The notes beneath the pieces were generated by a model. It saw only the letters and a program-made list of their open reading frames with translations, made no database searches and had not been told where the DNA came from. From positions 459,046-523,045 of the forward strand of contig OZ025700.1 of the NCBI GenBank assembly GCA_964019335.1: a stretch of DNA of 64,000 bases. Reading direction: 5' to 3'. This document shows positions 57,318 to 64,000 of the stretch, piece by piece. Made by a program: the position numbers and the translations under genes. How positions within the stretch are numbered: position 1 is the first letter of the stretch; each line of letters starts with the position of its first letter. Source of the stretch: Diplonema japonicum (Eukaryota; Protista; Euglenozoa: Diplonemea).

Positions 57318-59024
57318 ATGGATCCAAGACGGAACGCAAGAGGAGGTGACCGCGCAAACCGCAGGGAGAAGGAACCCCGACAGGCCGCCAGGCTGCACAC
57401 GACGCCAGGGCCGACCCAACCAGACTATCTGGTTGGGCAGTATGAATCCCCACCCCCACCCCCTAGATCCCCCCACCCCCCTTTAGAAAAAAAAAATAAA
57501 ATAAAAAAATCACTAGCAGAGACCGCGGTTTTGACCGCCGCTGCTACAGCCACGGCCGCCCCAGCCGCCCTGAACGCCGCAGCCGACCCTGCCGCCCTGA
57601 TCGCCGCAACTGAGACCGCCGCAGCCGCCCCTGCCGCAGCCACGACCGCCGCGACCACGACCCCTGCAGCCGACCCTGCTATTGTTGAAGAGGGAAGAAA
57701 AGAGGGAGAAAAAAAGGGGTGGGTACTGGTGTATGGTGAACACCCTCCCGGGTTGAGGACGGGCCCGGCCCCTGCCTTCCCGAAAGCCCTGCTTTCAGGA
57801 AAGTGGGAGGCCCTGTCTGGGAACTCAGGGAGGGAGACCCTCCAATACGGGTACCGGTGGGAGGGGACGAACGCCAAGGTGCGCCCCACCACGGGGATCC
57901 CAGGGGGGGCGGAGGGGTGGGTGAGGGAGGTGGCCGCCGCCGCAGGGCTCGAGGTGGTCCCCAACCAGGTACTTGTCAACAAGTACAAGTCTGGTTGTGG
58001 GATTGCCGCCCACAAGGACGACGCGAGGCTGGGACCGATTGTCCTAGTCCTCTCGTATGGAGCCGAGACCACAATGGTCATGAGGAGGGGGGACAGGGTG
58101 GCGAAATACCTGGTGCCCCCCTTCTCATGGGCATTGTTGGAAGGTGAAGCGAGACACCAGTGGACGCACCACATCCCGTCCGGGATGTCCACTGGTGTCA
58201 GGGTGTCGATCACCCTGCGTGCGGTAGGCCCCAAGCTCACCCGCACACCCCAGGAAGACCCATCCCCTGGGTTAACAGACGAACCCCCTTTTTTAGATCC
58301 CCTTTTTTGTGGGCAAGGGGGGGTGGCACTCCCAAGAGAGGATAGTGCCCCACCCGCCCCCCTTTTTTTTTTAGAACCCTCTTCGGAGGAAAACAGACCC
58401 TCTTCGGAGGAAAATAGAGAGAAAGGGGAAGAGGTGGCACTCCCGAGAGAGGGTGGTGCTCCTCCCCCCCATTTGTCCCCCCCTTTTTCATTTTTAGAGC
58501 CCTCTCCAGAGGAACCCTCCACGGAGGTAAAAAACAGACCCTCTTCGGAGGAAAACAGAGAGAGAGGGGAAGAGGTGGCACTCCCGAGAGAGGGTAGTGT
58601 TCCTCCCCCCCATTCGTCCCCCCCTTTTTCTTTTATAGAGCCCTCTCCAGAGGGACCCTCCACGGAGGTGAAAAACAGACCCTCTTCGGAGGAAAAAAAG
58701 GCAGAGGGAGAGACAGCACGCCCGAGAGAAGGTAGTGCCCCTCCCTCTCTGCCCCCCATTTTTTCTGGACCCTCTACGGAGGTGTACACCCTGGTCCCCA
58801 AGGGCCGGGGGCTTTTTTTGAGGGTGGAAGGGAAAGAAAAAAAAAACAAACAAGGAGGAACCTTTTTTCTTTTCAAACAACCAGGGGGACCCAGCACCCA
58901 CCCCCACCGCCCGCCAAGGTGTGGTTGGGGCGGAGGCTGCGAGCGACGTGAGAGCACCACTGCACACCCTTGTGAGAAGACAGAAAAGAGCCCCCTGGAT
59001 TGCCATGGGTGGCAGGGAACCTAA
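57318..59024 (+). CDS. AlkB-family 2OG-Fe(II) dioxygenase ORF1 with Ala-rich and Pro/Glu-repeat flanks
   Basis: RETLQYGYRW, PNQVLVNKY, HKD (58011-58019), EARHQWTHHIP and RVSITLR give a complete HxD..H..RxxxxxR set. Confidence 0.85.
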   Translation: MDPRRNARGGDRANRREKEPRQAARLHTTPGPTQPDYLVGQYESPPPPPRSPHPPLEKKNKIKKSLAETAVLTAAATATAAPAALNAAADPAALIAATETAAAAPAAATTAATTTPAADPAIVEEGRKEGEKKGWVLVYGEHPPGLRTGPAPAFPKALLSGKWEALSGNSGRETLQYGYRWEGTNAKVRPTTGIPGGAEGWVREVAAAAGLEVVPNQVLVNKYKSGCGIAAHKDDARLGPIVLVLSYGAETTMVMRRGDRVAKYLVPPFSWALLEGEARHQWTHHIPSGMSTGVRVSITLRAVGPKLTRTPQEDPSPGLTDEPPFLDPLFCGQGGVALPREDSAPPAPLFFLEPSSEENRPSSEENREKGEEVALPREGGAPPPHLSPPFSFLEPSPEEPSTEVKNRPSSEENRERGEEVALPREGSVPPPHSSPPFSFIEPSPEGPSTEVKNRPSSEEKKAEGETARPREGSAPPSLPPIFSGPSTEVYTLVPKGRGLFLRVEGKEKKNKQGGTFFLFKQPGGPSTHPHRPPRCGWGGGCERRESTTAHPCEKTEKSPLDCHGWQGT

Positions 59025-62000
59025 GCCAGCGCCCAAGCGGAAGAAGAACAGGAGGAGGCACAGGAGCGAAGCGGCCCTTCAGAGGCGTCGGGAGAAGAGG
59101 ACCAAGGCGAGGGAGGGGGCGAGGGAGGCTGCCAGACAGGAGAAGAAAAGGCACCGTCGTGCGAGGAAAGAAGGGAGGAGGAGGGCCCGCAGAGAGGAAC
59201 ACGAGGCCGCCCTGGAACAGAAGCCAGATGACCCTGCAATGGGGCTGAAGCGGACCGAGGTGGGAACGCCTGGAGCCCAACCCCTGGCACCCAGAATCCC
59301 GGCACCTGGGGCTGCAACCGGCACAAGGAGGCACCGCAGACGGACGGGACACAGCAAGGAAGGGGTGAGATGGGAGCACCTGGGGGCGTGGGCCTGGGTC
59401 GCCCTGTTCTCCCTCTTGCTGATCCCAGGGGTGAGGCAGGTGCTGGGGGCGGGCATCGGGATGGCCCCCTCCTTCCTGCATGCGGCAGTGTTGTGGAAGA
59501 GGCCGGGGAGCGACAGGAGGACCACCCGCAGGTCAAGGGTACAGGTGGGGCCCCGAGGGGATGAATGGTCCGCCGGGGAGCTCGCTTGGCTAGCGGTAGG
59601 GGGCACTCTGGTGGGAAGCACTTCAGTTTGGATAGGGGGGCTGATGTCGCTCTGGGCCATGGTGGAAGTGATGGTGGGGAAAGCTGGTGCTGGCCCGACC
59701 CAGAGATTCGGACCGGTAAAGCTGAAGAAGACAAGACGCGGATCGAGAGGTCACTACCGGCCGGTGTACTTGGGCCCGCCTAGAAGCTCAAGACGCAGAA
59801 AAAAGAAGGAGGACGCCAAGCAAGCGGCGAAGGAACGAGCTGAGACGGAGGATAAGCTCTTTCAGGCCGAACACCTGGACCCCTTTGCGGACTTGACGCT
59901 GGCAGGGGACGCGTTGCAAGGAGGTGGTGACCCTCCCCCCATGGATTTGGATGATGAGCACATGGAGGCGCAGAAGGAGGGGGAAAAAGAAGGATCAGAC
60001 AAACATCAATGCCGGATGGAAGACTGCTCTTTCCGCACCAGTGTGGCAAGCTGTCTAGTTAAACACCTCAATGCGGTCCACCATCATTTTGTGAAACAAG
60101 AGCAGGCGAGGAGCATGAAGGTGAACCTCTGTGGAACGTGTGCTGCGGCGTGCTCGTCGAACCAGACGCACTGTGCACTACACAGGCAGCGGAATCTGTG
60201 GAACCCCGACAAACAACCCAGGGCCGGCAAGTCAGTGGACGAGATCATGAAGAGCTTCAAGCTGACGAGGAGATCGACGGAGAAGGACGGGAACTGCATG
60301 TTCCACGCCCTGGCCGGTTCGCTCGGGGAAGCCTACGGCGACCACACCCACATCAGGAGCGAGGTTGTAGAATGGATGAAACACCGGGAGGAGCACTATG
60401 CCCCGTTTTGCAGTGAGGGTTGGGACCGGTACTTGGAAGGGATGGGCACAGCAGCGACGTGGGGAGACCACTTGTGCCTGGCAGCCGCAGCACAAGCGTT
60501 TGGCCGCACGATACTCGTGGTTGCTGGGGGGAACAACCCAGTCCTGATGATAGGGGAGTACAACTCCGACCACGAGAAGGTGGTGGTGCTGGCGTACAAC
60601 GGCAACCACTACGAGTATGCAGTCGGAGAGGAGGAGTCGATGATGATGCTCCTTGATGAGTCCCAATCGGTAGCTCTACAAAAGGCAGGTAAGCAACCCT
60701 CCGAGGCCCCGGGTGAGGACATCGGGGAGTGGGACATAATAGACCGTGCGATCCCTGGATACGGGAAGGCAGGGGTGTTGGACCAGATGGGGGCAAGGAA
60801 CCAGCAATTCCTGTACTGTCCGGTGGCGAACTGCGCTAGGTCGAAGTGCAAAAGCACGACCCCGTTCAACTCGACAAGGGTATGGAAGTGTCACCTGGAT
60901 GGGCACCTGGAGAGTGATGAGATCCCGGAGAGCGTTCTGAGGAGACTGGACCTCGAGAGGTGCCTGGTGTGCAGGGGCTGTGTGTGGAAGGGTCAGGGGT
61001 GCCACGACGAGTGCAAAAAGGCGGTGCGAAGGGAAGGGGAATACACGACCCCCCCGCCGGCCCCGACGAGGACCGAGTTACCCAGCCTGGAAGCCATAGC
61101 CGCCATGAACGTCACGACCATGGGGTCGATCCCGACGAGCCTTCAAAGACTGTGGGGGCTTACCCTTAAGCACACTCTGGGCCGAGCGGTGAAGGACAAC
61201 ACAGAGGAGGCTTGGCTGCTGGTGGCGATGCTCCCCAAAGCCTGCCTGTGGAAGAAGAGGGGAGGGAAGAAGCGGGACAAGGAGACGGAGCTGAGTGTCC
61301 AGGCCAGATTGGAGGAGTGGGAGAAGGGAAATTACATGGCCCTCTGGAATAAGCTGGAATCAGGTGAGAAGGGGGAACCTAAGAACGACGAGGTCTCTAA
61401 GGTCGCCAGGGCCACGGAACTGTGCAGCAAAGGGAGGTTCTCGGCAGGAAACGCGGCGCTTGTAGCCCAGGGGCTGGCGGAAGACAATGAGGATTGCTGG
61501 AGAGCGCTGCAGAGCAAACATCCAGAGCCACTACACCCCCAATGGGGCAACCCGGCGAAGACGAAGGAAGCGGTAGAAGTCTTGCCAGAAGAAGTGCTGG
61601 ACGCAATCAGGGGCTTCCCGAGGGGGACTGCTGCGGGACCGACTGGTCTGAGAGCCCAGCACATCAAGGACGCGGTGGACGGAGCTTTTGAGTCTCAAGG
61701 CTGTTTGATGTCGGTGACGAGGGCAGTCAACGCATTAGCTAGAGGCACGGCCCCTAGGGAGGTGGCTCCGCTGATGGCAGGGGCGAACCTTGTGGCCCTC
61801 AAGAAGAACGACAGGGACGTGCGGCCCATAGCCGTTGGGGATGTGCTGCGTCGGCTGGTGGGGAAATCCCTTGTGAAGAAGATCGCTCCGGAAGTGGCCT
61901 CTTCGTACCTGAAGAAAGGCGGCCAGGTGGGGGTATCGGTCCCTGCTGGAATGGAGGCGGCTATACACACCATCAGGCAGTATGTGGACAGGGAACGGGG

Positions 62001-63764
62001 CAACAAGCAGGAAAACAAGGTGATCCTCAAGATCGGCTACGCCAACGCCTTCAACAGTGTTTGTCGGAGGCAGCTGTGCTCACAGGCCTATGAGCAAGCG
62101 TCGGGGCTGTATGCGTGGGCCGATTGGTGCTACAGGGTGCCCTCCCAATTATACTACAACGGAAAGGTGATTAAGTCCCAGGAAGGGGTGCAACAGGGGG
62201 ACCCGATGGGACCGCTGCTGTTCTCTCTGGCCATCCAACCCCTGGTGAACAAGATAAGTGAAGACTGCAACCTGGACATCCTCCAGTTCTACCTGGACGA
62301 TGGCGTCCTTGTGGGGAATGTGGATGAAGTGAGAAAGGCGTACAACATCTTGTGTGAGCTGAGCGGAATGATAGGGCTGAAAGTGAAACCCCAGAAGTGC
62401 GAGCTCATATGGGTTAGTGGCGACCTCCCCCAGACAGTGGAGGACACAGGCTTCGATGGCCTGACAGAAGAGAATTTCCACAAAGAGAGGAACTTCATGC
62501 TCCTGGGGGCGCCGATAGGATCGCCGGAGTACACGCAAGCCTTTCTGAACAAACGCTTGGACGCGCTGGAAGAGAACTTCGACATGCTGACCAAGGTGGG
62601 GGGGCAGACAGGGTACACACTTCTCCGGTATTGCAGCTCATACAGCAAACTGGTGTTTTACATGAGGGTGGTCCCAGACTCGCATGTGGGAGGGGTCATG
62701 CACAGGTTCGACGAGATGGTGCGGAAGACGATGTCGAAGGTGTGCGGCATGCAGTTCGAGAACGGGTCGAAAGAATGGCAGCAGGCGAAACTGTCCGTAA
62801 AAGTCGGTGGGCTTGGGATGAGGAGCTGCCAGGAGCACCTGCGCGCGGCCAACATGGCTTCGAGGGCGTCGACGATGAAGCTGTGCAAGGAGCTGGATCC
62901 CAAATACGAACATGGGCTGGAAGGGGGTGTATGGGGGAGCTGGCTCGAGTGGTTCAACAGGACGAAGGGCGGCATGCAGATTACACCCGACATGGTGGCC
63001 AAGGCCCCCCACATCTGCAGCCAGAGGTGGCTCTCTAGGGTGCTTGATGAGAAGGCGCTGGAGGACCTCTTGGCGAAAGCAGATGCACGCTCGAGAGCGA
63101 GGTTGATGTCGGAGTCAATGCACTATGCGGGAGCGTGGTTGACGGCGACGCCTGACTTCTACAACCAGCTGTCGGACAACGAGTTTGGGGCTCTGATCAA
63201 GTGGTGGTTGGGGGCTCCGGTCTACAAGCAGGGTGAGAGCTGCCACGACCCGAGGTGCAAGACTGAGGGGATGGACGTATGGGGTGACCATGCCCAGGGA
63301 TGCGGCAACGCCAGGATTGCGAGGCACGGCCGGGTGAAGGAGACCATCCACAGACACTGTCAGTGGGCCGGGGTGAGCGCAACGATGGAGAAGACGGGGC
63401 TGATCCCGGGGTCGTCCCAGCGCCCGGCGGACGTGTTCTTCCCAGGTGGGGTGGGGGGTTCCCGCCCAATGGCTATGGACGTGGTCATCGTGCACCCGAG
63501 GAACGAGTCTTGTGTCAACCAGGCGGCGAAGACTGCGGGATACGCAGCGGCGAAGGCGGAACACTACAAGCGCCAGAAGTATGAGGCGGAGCTCGCCAAG
63601 ACACGCGTGGCCTTTGTACCTTTCGCGATGGAGACCTTTGGGGGGTTCGGGGAGGCAGCAGTCTACCTCACGAAGAAACTGTCCAGGAGCATAGCTGCGC
63701 GGGCTCACGGGGACAGAGTCTCGATACACAGGCGTGTGGTCCAAGAGGTGTCAACGGCCATGAT
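59005..63764 (+). CDS. ORF2 polyprotein: basic region, two hydrophobic segments, C2H2 fingers, OTU protease, RT, REL endonuclease
   Basis: Manually translated frame opening at 58822, apparently absent from the ORF track because no stop occurs before the window end. Motifs: CRMEDC..HLNAVH; DGNCMFHAL (60286), WGDHLCL, NHY (~60604); CPVANC..HLDGH; AAGPTGLR; RPIAVG; QGDP; YLDD; RPAD; KRQKY. RT motif A reads KIGY here. Confidence 0.88.
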
Positions 63765-64000
63765 CCCGCAAACCCGCAAACCCGCAAACCCGCAAACCCG
63801 CAAACCCGCAAACCCGCAAACCCGCAAACCCGCAAACCCGCAAACCCGCAAACCCGCAAACCCGCAAACCCGCAAACCCGCAAACCCGCAAACCCGCAAA
63901 CCCGCAAACCCGCAAACCCGCAAACCCGCAACCCGCAAACCCGCAAACCCGCAAACCCGCAAACCCGCAAACCCGCAAACCCGCAAACCCGCAAACCCGG
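63765..64000. repeat. (CCCGCAAA)n array, ~29 units
   Basis: Nearly perfect 8-mer array with one 7-nt unit; the window ends in cccgg. Confidence 0.95.

Larger units (their letters stand above)
57300..63764 (+). mobile_element. Retrotransposon copy C: AlkB ORF1 + ZnF-OTU-ZnF-RT-REL ORF2, cut off by a tandem array
   Basis: See the two ORFs below. Homology with copy A stops at 63764. Confidence 0.92.

Noticed and set aside
57700-58230. TET/JBP (base J) hydroxylase assignment for the dioxygenase
   Set aside because: The motifs (NxY, HxD, RxSxTxR) are AlkB-type.
53254-58960. 511-aa minus-strand ORFs antisense to AlkB in copies B and C
   Set aside because: No motifs; explained by GC-rich repetitive sequence and recent duplication.
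63765-64000. True chromosome-end telomere; RVCGFAGL-repeat ORFs
   Set aside because: Strand polarity is wrong for a right-hand telomere; the ORFs are translations of the repeat.

Overview
Eukaryotic genomic DNA, most likely from a euglenozoan and probably a diplonemid. The evidence is a BILBO1-like gene, an IMPDH ending in -LFASKL, a trypanosomatid-type NDUFA2, one-strand gene clustering and canonical spliceosomal introns of only 31-36 nt. 0-7.4 kb and 13-15.7 kb are A/T-tract-rich intergenic DNA holding a deleted piggyBac and a palindromic element. 7.4-37.5 kb is a dense minus-strand cluster of host genes, including a Tyr-rich multigene family and a BILBO1 paralogue with a similar Tyr-rich tail. 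38-64 kb is a mobile-element island: a decayed Polinton/adintovirus-like remnant (packaging ATPase, protease, PLA2-like and GGFL proteins) plus three copies of one unusual CRE-like non-LTR retrotransposon. The copies together reconstruct a ~8.8 kb element with an AlkB dioxygenase ORF followed by an ORF with two hydrophobic segments, zinc fingers, an OTU protease, RT, a restriction-like endonuclease and a long C-terminal extension. The copies next to the viral remnant show directional CpG-to-TpG/CpA decay, suggesting host CpG methylation. All calls come from reading the sequence by eye; no searches were run.
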